From an uncultured Acidobacteriota bacterium (GTDB lineage: Bacteria; Acidobacteriota; Vicinamibacteria; Vicinamibacterales; 2-12-FULL-66-21), in the NCBI GenBank assembly GCA_963804245.1, contig CAWDPQ010000006.1:106643-170642 (forward strand): a stretch of DNA of 64,000 nucleotides, written 5' to 3'. A program made the translations under genes and the position numbers. Within the stretch, counting starts at the first letter, position 1. Each line of letters starts with the position of its first letter. The notes below the pieces were generated by a model, which was given only the letters and a program-made list of their open reading frames with translations, did no database searches and was not told the origin of the DNA. Below are positions 31,725-40,291 of the stretch, piece by piece.

Positions 31725-33075
31725 GCGAGGCCTCCATTGTCGGCGTCGGCAGTGGTAGCCGAACCTCCAGTGTGGTACCGCGCTTAAGAGCGCTCTGGAT
31801 CGTGATCGCGCCACCAACTTCGCGCACACGTTCTTCCATACCACGCAGCCCCAGGCCGGTCAGATGCTGGCCGCGATCGAACCCGATACCGTCGTCTTCC
31901 ACGACTACCTTCAGGATGTCCAATCCGCCGGCGACGTGCACTCGTACGCGCGTCGCGTTCGCGTGACGGACTGAATTGGTCAAGGCTTCCTGTACGATTC
32001 GGTAAACGCATGTCCGATACAGGTCGGGCAGACCATCGAGCTGTCCCTCAACGTCCAGGTCTACGGGCAGTGAGTAACGCCGGGCGAGGTCGCGCACGTG
32101 CCACTCGAGCGCCGCCTGCAGCCCGAAATCATCGAGCATGCTCGGCCGCAGTCCGAGCGCCAGATCGCGAACGGAGTGGACGATCTCGTTGACCAGACCT
32201 CTGCATTCGGCAACGGCCTCACCGAGCCGCTGTTCGCTCGGGGTCCTGAGTCGATCGATGCATCCGAGCTCCATCCTGAGGGCGGTGAGCACCTGTCCCA
32301 CATGATCGTGCAACTCTCTCGACAGCTTCTTCCGTTCTTCCTCCTGGGTGGCCACCAGCTGCTGCGACAAATCCCGCATCTGCCGTTCGGCCTCCTGTGC
32401 TACCCGGCGTTGCGAATCCGATCGCTGTTCGAGTATCCGTAGGCGGATGACCGCCGTCAGCGCCACGATGACGCCGAGCGCGAGGCTCTGCCACAGCAGC
32501 TTGTAAAGGTCGCTGCGCAACGCGGCGTGACGGCGCGTGACTTCAGCCTGCTGCGCGGCAAAGTTGGCATTGTTCAGCTGTTCGATTTCCTCGGCGATCG
32601 CCAGCACGGCCTCGCGGCGAGGCAACACCTCGCGCCGCAGAAACCGGGCACTCTGACTGACTTTTTCCGCGGGCGTCCAGTCGAACAGTGGATCGAACGC
32701 CTGCCAATACTCATCGAGCCGCTCCTGCAGGCCGACAATGCGCTCGTCGCCTTCGTTGCGCGCTCGAGCCAGATTCCGCAGATCGGTGACCGTGGACAGG
32801 TTCATCCGCCTGAATTCTTCGAGCTGCTCGCGATATTCGGGAGCGTGCTCGCGAGCGGTGTCGAGCAGGTAGTCGCGCACGAAGATGCCGGACAGATGCA
32901 CGTCCGAGCGCAGCCGCCGCAACTTCGTTTCGACCTCGCGATGGTGTCCGTTGACCTGATCGATCTGCGTGTAGATCTCCTGCGCTCGTCGCGACGCCGC
33001 GAGCACGGAGATCATCACCAGCAGGACCAGACTTCCGAGCGCGAGGGCGGCTAGCGGCCAGGTCCGAAAGCGCAT
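31705..33075 (-). CDS. Sensor histidine kinase (HisKA_3/NarX-LiaS type) with N-terminal membrane sensor
   Basis: TM helix (WPLAALALGSLVLLVMISVLAA), a second TM, then the H-box SRELHDHVGQVLTAL and the HATPase region (VEDDGIGF...GLGLRGMEERV). Intact 456 aa. Confidence 0.85.
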   Translation of the reverse strand: MRFRTWPLAALALGSLVLLVMISVLAASRRAQEIYTQIDQVNGHHREVETKLRRLRSDVHLSGIFVRDYLLDTAREHAPEYREQLEEFRRMNLSTVTDLRNLARARNEGDERIVGLQERLDEYWQAFDPLFDWTPAEKVSQSARFLRREVLPRREAVLAIAEEIEQLNNANFAAQQAEVTRRHAALRSDLYKLLWQSLALGVIVALTAVIRLRILEQRSDSQRRVAQEAERQMRDLSQQLVATQEEERKKLSRELHDHVGQVLTALRMELGCIDRLRTPSEQRLGEAVAECRGLVNEIVHSVRDLALGLRPSMLDDFGLQAALEWHVRDLARRYSLPVDLDVEGQLDGLPDLYRTCVYRIVQEALTNSVRHANATRVRVHVAGGLDILKVVVEDDGIGFDRGQHLTGLGLRGMEERVREVGGAITIQSALKRGTTLEVRLPLPTPTMEASLASIAG

Positions 33076-33365
33076 GACTCCTCCAACACGACAGTTCGCC
33101 GTACTCCCTAAGGTATCCCGGACCTCCGCGGCCTGTGCATCCCGTGAACAGGGGAGACAGAGACTGCCTCATCCGCTGGCCGCTTGATCGAACGTCCCCT
33201 TGGGATCCGCCGCGCATCCCCCGTCGCCCCGATAGCTCCCGCAGGCTGTCTCGCGGTCTACTGAAGGTAGACGATAACGTCGGCCTGCTGCGAGGGAACA
33301 CATGATCGAGTACCTGGACTGCCCAGTCCCGCCCTTCGTCGACGAACGGCCGGGCCCGAATCGCG

Positions 33366-34904
33366 TTGCCAGCACTCGAACCGCAACAAGTCATTGTCGT
33401 CGCCAATCGTCAGCCTGTCAGCCACGATTACGGAGCGGACGGCTCCATCGTGGTGAAACACGCCCACTCCGGCGTCGTGCATGCTGTCGAGCCGCTCGTC
33501 GCCGCGCGATCGGGTGTATGGGTGGCGCAAGGGACCGGTGCGGCCGACCGCGCGGTCGTCGATAGCCGCGACGGGCTGGAGGTTCCGCTCGGGAACCCCG
33601 CGTACCGGCTGCGTCGGGTGTGGCTGAACGAGGAAGAGCACCAGGGGTTTTACGAGGGATTCGCCAACGAAGGGCTGTGGCCACTTTGTCACCGCGCGTA
33701 CGTCAAGCCGGTCTTTCGCGCGCGCGACTATCACTCGTATCGACTGGTGAATCGCCGCTTCGTCGAGGCCGTGTGCGCCGAGGCCACCACGTCCAGTCCC
33801 ATCGTCCTCGTGCAGGACTACCACTTCGCGCTCGCGCCCCGGATGATTCGAGAGCTTCTGCGGCGCAGTACCATCGCCGCCTTCTGGCACATTCCGTGGC
33901 CGCACTGGCGGGATCTGGAGATATGTCCCTGGCGGCGCGAATTGCTCGACGGGCTGCTTGGCAGCGATCTCATCGGGTTCCAGACGTCGAGCGATTGCTC
34001 TGAATTCGCACGAAGCGCCGAGCGTTTCCTCGATGCCTCGGTGAATTACCGGGAGGGCGTCATCCAGTACGGCCGGCGACGCGTGATGGTGCGGCACTAT
34101 CCGGCCTCAATCGAGTGGCCAAGTCCGTGGGAGAAAGCCACAGCACCAGCCGAGGAGTGCAAGCGGGAGATTCACCAGGCGCTCGGGCTTCCATCCCACG
34201 TTCAACTCGGGGTCAGCGTGGATCGCCTGGACTACACGAAAGGCCTCGAAGAGAAATTTGCGGCCATCGAATGCCTCCTCGAGCGTTTCTCCGAGCTCAG
34301 GGATTCCTTCGCGTTCCTCCAGCTCGCACAACCGACGCGCGGTCGACTGCCGGCCTATCGCGATCTGCGGTCACGCGTCGGCGCGGCCGTGAATCGAATC
34401 AACCTGCGCTTTGGGAGCGAACGGCACAAGCCGGTGATCATGCTCGAAGCCGATCACGAGCCCAAGGACGTGTTTCGCTACCTTCGTGCCGCGGACCTGT
34501 GCTTCGTTGCAAGCCTTCAAGACGGCATGAACCTGGTGTGCAAGGAGTTCGTGAGCGCGCACAACGACGAACGCGGCGTGCTCGTTCTGAGTGCATTTGC
34601 CGGTGCCGCCCGCGAGCTCGAACATGCTCTTCTGGTCAACCCGTGGGACGTCGACGCCACAGCGAGCGTCCTCGCGCAGGCGCTCCGGATGCACCCGAGA
34701 GAGCAGCGCCACCGCATGCGGAGAATGCGTAATATAGTGGCGCGTCGCAGCGCGCACCGATGGGCCGAACAAATCATTTATGATGTACGGGGCCACGCTA
34801 CGCATGAGTCGGTACCGACAGCATCCCGTGTAGAGCCGGTCAGCAGCCGGCAACACGTCAAAGTGATTCGCTTCACTGGCAGGAGGTCCGATGCCCGCTC
34901 GTAA
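33366..34904 (+). CDS. otsA: Alpha,alpha-trehalose-phosphate synthase (GT20)
   Basis: VIVVANRQP...GFYEGFANEGLWPLCH...FWHIPWPHWRDLEICPWRRELLDGLLGSDLIGFQT...SLQDGMNLVCKEFV. TTG start in the ORF track. Confidence 0.85.
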   Translation: MPALEPQQVIVVANRQPVSHDYGADGSIVVKHAHSGVVHAVEPLVAARSGVWVAQGTGAADRAVVDSRDGLEVPLGNPAYRLRRVWLNEEEHQGFYEGFANEGLWPLCHRAYVKPVFRARDYHSYRLVNRRFVEAVCAEATTSSPIVLVQDYHFALAPRMIRELLRRSTIAAFWHIPWPHWRDLEICPWRRELLDGLLGSDLIGFQTSSDCSEFARSAERFLDASVNYREGVIQYGRRRVMVRHYPASIEWPSPWEKATAPAEECKREIHQALGLPSHVQLGVSVDRLDYTKGLEEKFAAIECLLERFSELRDSFAFLQLAQPTRGRLPAYRDLRSRVGAAVNRINLRFGSERHKPVIMLEADHEPKDVFRYLRAADLCFVASLQDGMNLVCKEFVSAHNDERGVLVLSAFAGAARELEHALLVNPWDVDATASVLAQALRMHPREQRHRMRRMRNIVARRSAHRWAEQIIYDVRGHATHESVPTASRVEPVSSRQHVKVIRFTGRRSDARS

Positions 34905-35211
34905 CGAACCACTCATCTCGATTCAGCGCGAGTGGAATGGTTGGCGCACGGCTCAGGTGCGAGTGAGCGCTCTCCAGAGCGTTCACTGGCACCAGCCGAG
35001 TGGGGCACCCAAGCCGCTGCTGCACGGCTACATCTCGTGCGAGGAGATTCTTGCGGGGGACATCCCGCACGAGTGCGCCGGCACGCCGCATCACCGCCTC
35101 CTGGTCTGTGTTCTGAAATGCCACACGGCGGATGCGATCTACGCGGCGCTCGCGCACCGCGCCGACGAGCAGCGCCGTGAGTCGTTTGCGGGAGCCGGGC
35201 CCGCGAATTGA
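34891..35211 (+). CDS. Hypothetical Cys/His-rich small protein (106 aa)
   Basis: The ATG is preceded by GCAGGAGG at good spacing and third-position GC is high. The sequence contains CEEILAGDIPHECAGTPHHRLLVCVLKCH. No family recognised. Confidence 0.4.
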   Translation: MPARNEPLISIQREWNGWRTAQVRVSALQSVHWHQPSGAPKPLLHGYISCEEILAGDIPHECAGTPHHRLLVCVLKCHTADAIYAALAHRADEQRRESFAGAGPAN

Positions 35212-35216
35212 CTGCC

Positions 35217-35250
35217 GTAACGCTCGCCTATATTCTGCAACGAACGTTAC
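35217..35250 (+). promoter_or_regulatory. Operator-like inverted repeat over a -10-like box upstream of the chrB-like gene
   Basis: GTAACGCTCGCCTATATTCTGCAACGAACGTTAC, i.e. GTAACG ... CGTTAC arms around TATATT. A near-identical element lies at 39012-39046. Confidence 0.5.
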
Positions 35251-35274
35251 AACCAGCCTTGGGCAAGGGGGAGG

Positions 35275-36354
35275 ATGGCCCGGCGTTCGAAAGTTGCCCC
35301 GACGTCCGCTTCCGCCGCCGGCGAGGACAGCCAGGCGCGTCGCCGTTGGTTGCTCTTCGTACACCAGCTGCCGTCGAACCCGTCGAACCTGCGTGTGCGT
35401 ACCTGGCGCAGACTGCAACAACTCGGCGCCATCCCGATCAAGCAGGCCGTATACGTCCTCCCGGATACTCCCGGTACCCGTGAAGATTTCGAGTGGTTGA
35501 AAGTCGAGGTAAAGGGCGCCGGTGGCGACGCCAGCGTCTTCACCGCCGACAGCATCGACGCCTTGTCCGACGATGCCTTGATGGACGAGTTCCGCCGGTC
35601 GCGAGAGGATGCCTATTCGGCTCTCGGACGCGACGTCGAGAAGGCGCTCAAACAGACCGGCAGGAACCGACAGCCGCACGCGATCCGCGGTCCGGGCATC
35701 GATCGTCCGTTACAGGTCTTCCGTGAACGGCTCGCGGCCATCGAGAAGATCGACTTCTTCGGAAGTGCTGGACGCGATCGAGTCACGGCCTTGTTGCAAC
35801 AGCTCGTCAACCGATCGACCGCCGGGCGCGTCGCCCGAACGTCGGCGCCCGCCGCCTCTGGCGACGCGACCGCCTATCGCGGCCGGCTGTGGGTAACCCG
35901 GCCGCGGCCGGGTGTCGATCGCATGGCGTCGGCGTGGCTGATTCGTCGCTTCATCGATCCGCAGGCGCGTTTCGGCTTCGCGACCGATCCCGACGCGATT
36001 CCTGAACAGGCAGTACCCTTCGACATGTTTGGCGTCGAGTTCAGCCATCAGGGGGATGGCTGCACCTTCGAGACGCTCTGTTCGACCTTCGGCATCCGCG
36101 GACCGTCGATCGCCCGGCTCAAGGCGATTGTGCACGACCTCGATCTGAAGGACTCCCGCTTCGATGCACTGGATGCACCGACCGTCGGCGCCATGATCGA
36201 AGGGCTCCAGCTCGCCTACGCCGACGACGAGGCGCTGCTGGCGCAGGGCATGACGCTCTTCGAGTCCTTGTACCGTGCCTTCGAGCAATCGGCGCGCGAG
36301 GTTGGTCCGCGGCCGCTGGTCCGTCCCCGGAAACCACGAATCCGCGGCGCTTGA
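35275..36354 (+). CDS. chrB: ChrB-domain (chromate resistance regulator-like) protein
   Basis: RWLLFVHQLPSNPSNLRVRTWRRLQQLGAIPIKQAVYVLPDTPGTREDFEWL (ChrB N-domain pattern) and WVTRPRPGVDRMASAWLIRRFIDPQARFGF (C-domain pattern). GGGGGAGG lies upstream of the ATG. Confidence 0.7.
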   Translation: MARRSKVAPTSASAAGEDSQARRRWLLFVHQLPSNPSNLRVRTWRRLQQLGAIPIKQAVYVLPDTPGTREDFEWLKVEVKGAGGDASVFTADSIDALSDDALMDEFRRSREDAYSALGRDVEKALKQTGRNRQPHAIRGPGIDRPLQVFRERLAAIEKIDFFGSAGRDRVTALLQQLVNRSTAGRVARTSAPAASGDATAYRGRLWVTRPRPGVDRMASAWLIRRFIDPQARFGFATDPDAIPEQAVPFDMFGVEFSHQGDGCTFETLCSTFGIRGPSIARLKAIVHDLDLKDSRFDALDAPTVGAMIEGLQLAYADDEALLAQGMTLFESLYRAFEQSAREVGPRPLVRPRKPRIRGA

Positions 36355-36385
36355 ATCGCCGTTCGACCTCGACCACGATTCTCGC

Positions 36386-37360
36386 GTGTCACGCACCCGT
36401 CCCGCCCGTTCGTCGCCCACCTTCATCCAACCCATGGCCGCCAGGATCGTGAGCAAGCTCCCGGAGGGCGCGGACTGGATGTACGAAGTCAAGTTCGATG
36501 GCTACCGTGCGCTCCTCCTGAAAAACGGGGAGCGAGTCTGGATCCGGTCGCGGAACGACAAGGATCTCACGGTCACGTATCCGTCGGTGACCGCCGCCGG
36601 GCGCCGCCTGCGTGCGCATCAGGCGGTACTCGATGGCGAGATCGTCGCGGTCGACGCCGACGGCCATCCGTCTTTTCAGGCGCTGCAACATCGTTCCGCG
36701 CATCCGCGCCACACCATCGTTTTCTACGCGTTCGACCTGCTCCATCTGAACGGCGAGGATTTGACGGACAGCACACTCGACGAGCGCCGGCAACAGCTGC
36801 CGCCGGTCTTGGACGGGTCGGGCGTGCTGCTGTCGATCGAACTACCGGGCACGCCGCAGCAGGTCATCGGCGCGGTGCAGAATCTCGGCCTGGAAGGCGT
36901 TATCGCGAAACGCAGGCAATCGCGATACACGTCCGGCGATCGCAATACCGCCTGGGTCAAGCTGAAGCTCGATCGACAGCAGGAGTTCGTCGTGGGCGGA
37001 TATCGGCCCGGACCGCACGGCATCGATACGCTGCTCGTCGGCTATTACGAAGGCAAGCACCTGAAGTTTGCGGGAAAGGTCCGCGCCGGATTCACGCCGC
37101 ACCTGCGGCGAGAAGTCTTCGCGAAAGTGAAGTCACTCTCCACAGTGCGCTGTCCGTTCGTCGACCTGCCGAACAGCCGGCCCTCACATTGGGGCGGGGG
37201 AGTCACCGCCGAGCAGATGCACGAGATGCAGTGGGTCGCGCCGACGCTCGTCGCGCAAGTGCGCTTCGTCGAATGGACTGCCGAGGGTCACCTCCGTCAC
37301 GCCAGCTTTCTTGGCCTGCGCGAGGACAAGGCGCCTACCCGGATCCGAAGGGGAGGTTGA
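36386..37360 (+). CDS. ATP-dependent DNA ligase, LigD-type ligase domain only
   Basis: The adenylation motif EVKFDGYR is followed by LDGEIVAVD, EGVIAKR, WVKLK and an OB-fold tail (VAQVRFVEWTAEGHLRHASFLGLREDK). No polymerase or phosphoesterase domain is present. The start is uncertain (GTG 36386 or ATG ~36434). Confidence 0.8.
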   Translation: MSRTRPARSSPTFIQPMAARIVSKLPEGADWMYEVKFDGYRALLLKNGERVWIRSRNDKDLTVTYPSVTAAGRRLRAHQAVLDGEIVAVDADGHPSFQALQHRSAHPRHTIVFYAFDLLHLNGEDLTDSTLDERRQQLPPVLDGSGVLLSIELPGTPQQVIGAVQNLGLEGVIAKRRQSRYTSGDRNTAWVKLKLDRQQEFVVGGYRPGPHGIDTLLVGYYEGKHLKFAGKVRAGFTPHLRREVFAKVKSLSTVRCPFVDLPNSRPSHWGGGVTAEQMHEMQWVAPTLVAQVRFVEWTAEGHLRHASFLGLREDKAPTRIRRGG

Positions 37361-37368
37361 GCGCGAGC

Positions 37369-38193
37369 TCAGGCCACCCGGCGCGCGGCTGGCCACTCGC
37401 GGAGCAGCGGAGGCACGAACGATCGTGCCCGGCGAACGATCGTGGCGGTTTTGCGGAACCGCCGGTCCTGCCGCGCGTCCCAGTGAAACCCGTACCCGTC
37501 ACGAATTATCTCAGGCAACAGACCGACGGTGGCCAGACGGGCAGGTAGAAACAGCGGTGCGGCCGCCGGCCCGAGCGGCGGCGCCAGCAGCGCTTGCGCC
37601 AGGCTGCGCGCGCGCGGTGTCACGCACAGCTCGCCGCTCGTCAACATGCACTGCATATAGCACTGCAGGTCGTCGAATCGCCTCGGCAGGAGCTCCGTAT
37701 CGATGCCAAACTGCGAGCCGGCCGGGATCGCCTCGACGCAGTACCGATCTTTTTCCTCGCGCGTTAGCGGCCCGACGAAATGCTCGTAGGCGAGCGGCAG
37801 CGAATCGAGCAGCGTCGCATACACCCAGCACAACAGACGCGGATCGCGCGCGGAATACGCCGTGTCGGGCGGGAAGATGCCGGCTGCCTCGCGCAGCGTC
37901 CCGTGAACCTGACCGTGGATCGCGGTAATGCCAGCCACCACCCGCCGCGCCTCATCGTCGGTCCCGAAGGTGAGCCTGAGCATCGCGCCAACGGTGCGGC
38001 GTGCACGCTGCACGTATCCTCGCAGGTCCTCGCCAAACGGGCTGTGATCGGCGACGGCTGCCGCGACGAGCGGATGCGCGATCTGCAGCAGGATGGCGCG
38101 ACCCCAGCCGAGAAGCACCACTCTCTCGCGATTGATCTTCCTCGCAACGCTCGGATACGGTTCAGGGCTCATAGCTGAGTTTTTGACTGGCAC
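37369..38193 (-). CDS. DUF2236 / MpaB-family oxygenase
   Basis: INRERVVLLGWGRAILLQIAHPLVAAAVADHSPF...ITAIHGQVHG matches the DUF2236 pattern as I recall it. Confidence 0.7.
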   Translation of the reverse strand: MPVKNSAMSPEPYPSVARKINRERVVLLGWGRAILLQIAHPLVAAAVADHSPFGEDLRGYVQRARRTVGAMLRLTFGTDDEARRVVAGITAIHGQVHGTLREAAGIFPPDTAYSARDPRLLCWVYATLLDSLPLAYEHFVGPLTREEKDRYCVEAIPAGSQFGIDTELLPRRFDDLQCYMQCMLTSGELCVTPRARSLAQALLAPPLGPAAAPLFLPARLATVGLLPEIIRDGYGFHWDARQDRRFRKTATIVRRARSFVPPLLREWPAARRVA

Positions 38194-38255
38194 CGACTAA
38201 CTGTCGCCGTCGTAGGCTTTCGTCAACGCAGCAATGTCGATCTTACGTCACGCGG

Positions 38256-38693
38256 TCAATTCCGGGCAGCCATGTCGACCAGGATCGTGATGAACGAGAT
38301 TCCACTCAGTACGGAGCGCACCGCGTGCAGGTGGCCCCAACGCTCAAGGAGCACGGCTGCCTCGCGTGAGCCGGTGTCCAGAGCGGGATCGAGCAGCCGT
38401 TTGTTGGTGGGCAGGATGACGAGCAACGTGAACGGGATGACCGAACCGAACAACAGACCGGCGATGAGAAGCGGCGCGCTGCCGCCCTGCCACCATCCGA
38501 TCACCGCGGCAAGACTGCCCACGGCAGCGAGCGACGCCTGCATGACGGCCGCGCGCCGATAGCTCGGTCGAAATTCCATCACGGCCGCTGCCGGCCCGCA
38601 CTCCAATCGGGCCGGATGCTCGGCGAGATTGACGTAGATGGCGGCACCGGCGAAGATGCCCGAACAGAGCGCTGCTACGACTTCGTACAGCAT
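38256..38693 (-). CDS. DUF1772 (anthrone-oxygenase-like) membrane protein
   Basis: Four predicted TM helices. Sequence reads GIFAGAAIYVNLAEHPARLEC...ILPTNKRLLD...WGHLHAVRSVLS. Confidence 0.7.
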   Translation of the reverse strand: MLYEVVAALCSGIFAGAAIYVNLAEHPARLECGPAAAVMEFRPSYRRAAVMQASLAAVGSLAAVIGWWQGGSAPLLIAGLLFGSVIPFTLLVILPTNKRLLDPALDTGSREAAVLLERWGHLHAVRSVLSGISFITILVDMAARN

Positions 38694-38825
38694 GCCCCGT
38701 CAAGCCCCGACAGTGCGCAGCTCTCTCATGCGCGCAGGATACGCCAGGGCGCGCAGCGAGTCATCTCATTGCACGTTCGCCGTCACGGCCGCCGCACCCG
38801 CCAATGTAGACGGGCATGTCTTTCT

Positions 38826-38915
38826 TGGGAAGTTCGACGAGCCGGTCTCGCCCGTCACATATGCACTGCCTGCCGCATCAACCGCGAACGCGTCGTACGT
38901 GATCGATACCGCATC
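38826..38915 (-). pseudogene. Orphan fragment of an SBBP-type beta-propeller repeat
   Basis: The minus-strand ORF 38766..39080 contains DAVSITYDAFAVDAAGSAYVTGETGSSNFP, a single SBBP-like repeat unit. No flanking repeats, signal peptide or credible start. Confidence 0.35.
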
Positions 38916-39011
38916 GCGGACAGTTGTCGACGTTGAAGCTGCGATCAAACGCATGCAACCGGTGGGGATCCAGCGGGAGAACAGCCCTCGACAGTTCGCC
39001 GATGCAGAATT

Positions 39012-39046
39012 GTAACGCTTGTCATATAATATGAAACGAACGTTAC
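39012..39046 (+). promoter_or_regulatory. Operator-like inverted repeat over a TATAAT box, abutting the MFS start codon
   Basis: GTAACGCTTGTCATATAATATGAAACGAACGTTAC is followed immediately by the ATG at 39047. The TATAAT is at 39025-39030 and there is no Shine-Dalgarno, which suggests a very short leader. Confidence 0.5.
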
Positions 39047-40261
39047 ATGGCAACTGTGCAGGTGGCCCCCGGCGTTTCACCCCGCGCAGCGCTCGTGCGC
39101 CTGGCCACCGCCAGCTTCCTGGCCTACACCAGCTACGCCCTCTGCCGGACGCCGCTCCTGCCGCTGTTTGCGCGCGCCCTTGGCGCTGGTCCGTCGTTGA
39201 TTGGCCTGGTCATGGGCGCCTCGACGCTCACCGGCGTTTTCGTGAAGCTGCCGGCCGGCGCCCTGTCTGACCTGCTCGGCCGGCGCCGGCTGCTGCTGAC
39301 CGGTGCGGTGATCTTTGCGGCGTTGCCTTTCACCTACCTGGCCGTCTCCACGCTGCCCGTGCTCGTCCTGCTGCGGGTTGCGCACGGCAGCGCGACCGCG
39401 ATCTTCGGACCCGTCGCTGCCGCCAGCCTTTCCGACATTGCACCAGCAGGGAAGCGTGGCGCATGGCTCAGCACGTACTCGACGGCGCAAGGCGCCGGAC
39501 AGGCGCTGGGTCCGGTGCTTGCCGGTTACCTGATCGCCGTCGGACGGTTCGATTACGCGTTTGCAGTCGCCGGGCTCATCGCTCTCGGGGTGCCGGTCAT
39601 CGTCTCCGGGTGGCGCGATACGTTGCCGGTCACTACGGCCCGCGAACCGTGGCAGGAATTCAAGCGCGGGATCGCCGAGGTCTCAGCCGACCGTCTCGTG
39701 CTGGCCACGAGCGGCGCACAGGCAGCGCAATTCGTGTTGCATGGCGCGCTCTCCGCCTTCCTCCCACTCTACGGCCGCGACGCGTTGGGATTGACCGTGA
39801 CACAACTCGGGTGGCTGTTCGGCGTTCAGAGTCTGACCACGCTTGCCGTCCGGCCGGCGATCGGTTTCGTATCGGATCGCGTCGGCCGGCGCTGGGTCAT
39901 CGTCGGCGGCCTGGTCGTGTGCAGTACGGCGGTTGTTCTCGTCTCGCTCGCCACGGTGATGTCCGAAATCATCGCGGCGATCGTCGTCTACGCCACGGGA
40001 GTGGCGACCACCACGGCCGCAACGAGCGCGTTCATCACCGACGTGACGCGGCGGGTGCGCTACGGAGCGGCGCACGGCGTCTTCGGAACGATCTACGACG
40101 TCGGCGACGCCCTCGGCCCGATTGCCGCCGGTGTTCTGATTTCGTGCGTTGGATACAGCCGGATGTTTCAGGTCATTGCCGCGTTCGCGCTGACGATGGC
40201 AATCGTGTTCGCCGTGGCCTCGCGATTCGATCCCGCCGCTCGTGCTGTCGCTCGCTCGTGA
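39047..40261 (+). CDS. MFS transporter
   Basis: 404 aa with ~12 hydrophobic segments. MFS loop motif is GALSDLLGRRRLLL, with a second-half repeat VSDRVGRRWVIV. Confidence 0.85.
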   Translation: MATVQVAPGVSPRAALVRLATASFLAYTSYALCRTPLLPLFARALGAGPSLIGLVMGASTLTGVFVKLPAGALSDLLGRRRLLLTGAVIFAALPFTYLAVSTLPVLVLLRVAHGSATAIFGPVAAASLSDIAPAGKRGAWLSTYSTAQGAGQALGPVLAGYLIAVGRFDYAFAVAGLIALGVPVIVSGWRDTLPVTTAREPWQEFKRGIAEVSADRLVLATSGAQAAQFVLHGALSAFLPLYGRDALGLTVTQLGWLFGVQSLTTLAVRPAIGFVSDRVGRRWVIVGGLVVCSTAVVLVSLATVMSEIIAAIVVYATGVATTTAATSAFITDVTRRVRYGAAHGVFGTIYDVGDALGPIAAGVLISCVGYSRMFQVIAAFALTMAIVFAVASRFDPAARAVARS

Positions 40262-40291
40262 TCCGCAGCATCTGCGACATACCGCAGGGAG

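Noticed and set aside
38638-39015. 125-aa plus-strand ORF between the DUF1772 and MFS genes
   Set aside because: It has no recognisable features. The opposite strand carries a clear SBBP repeat remnant, so the region is better explained as decayed DNA plus the MFS promoter.
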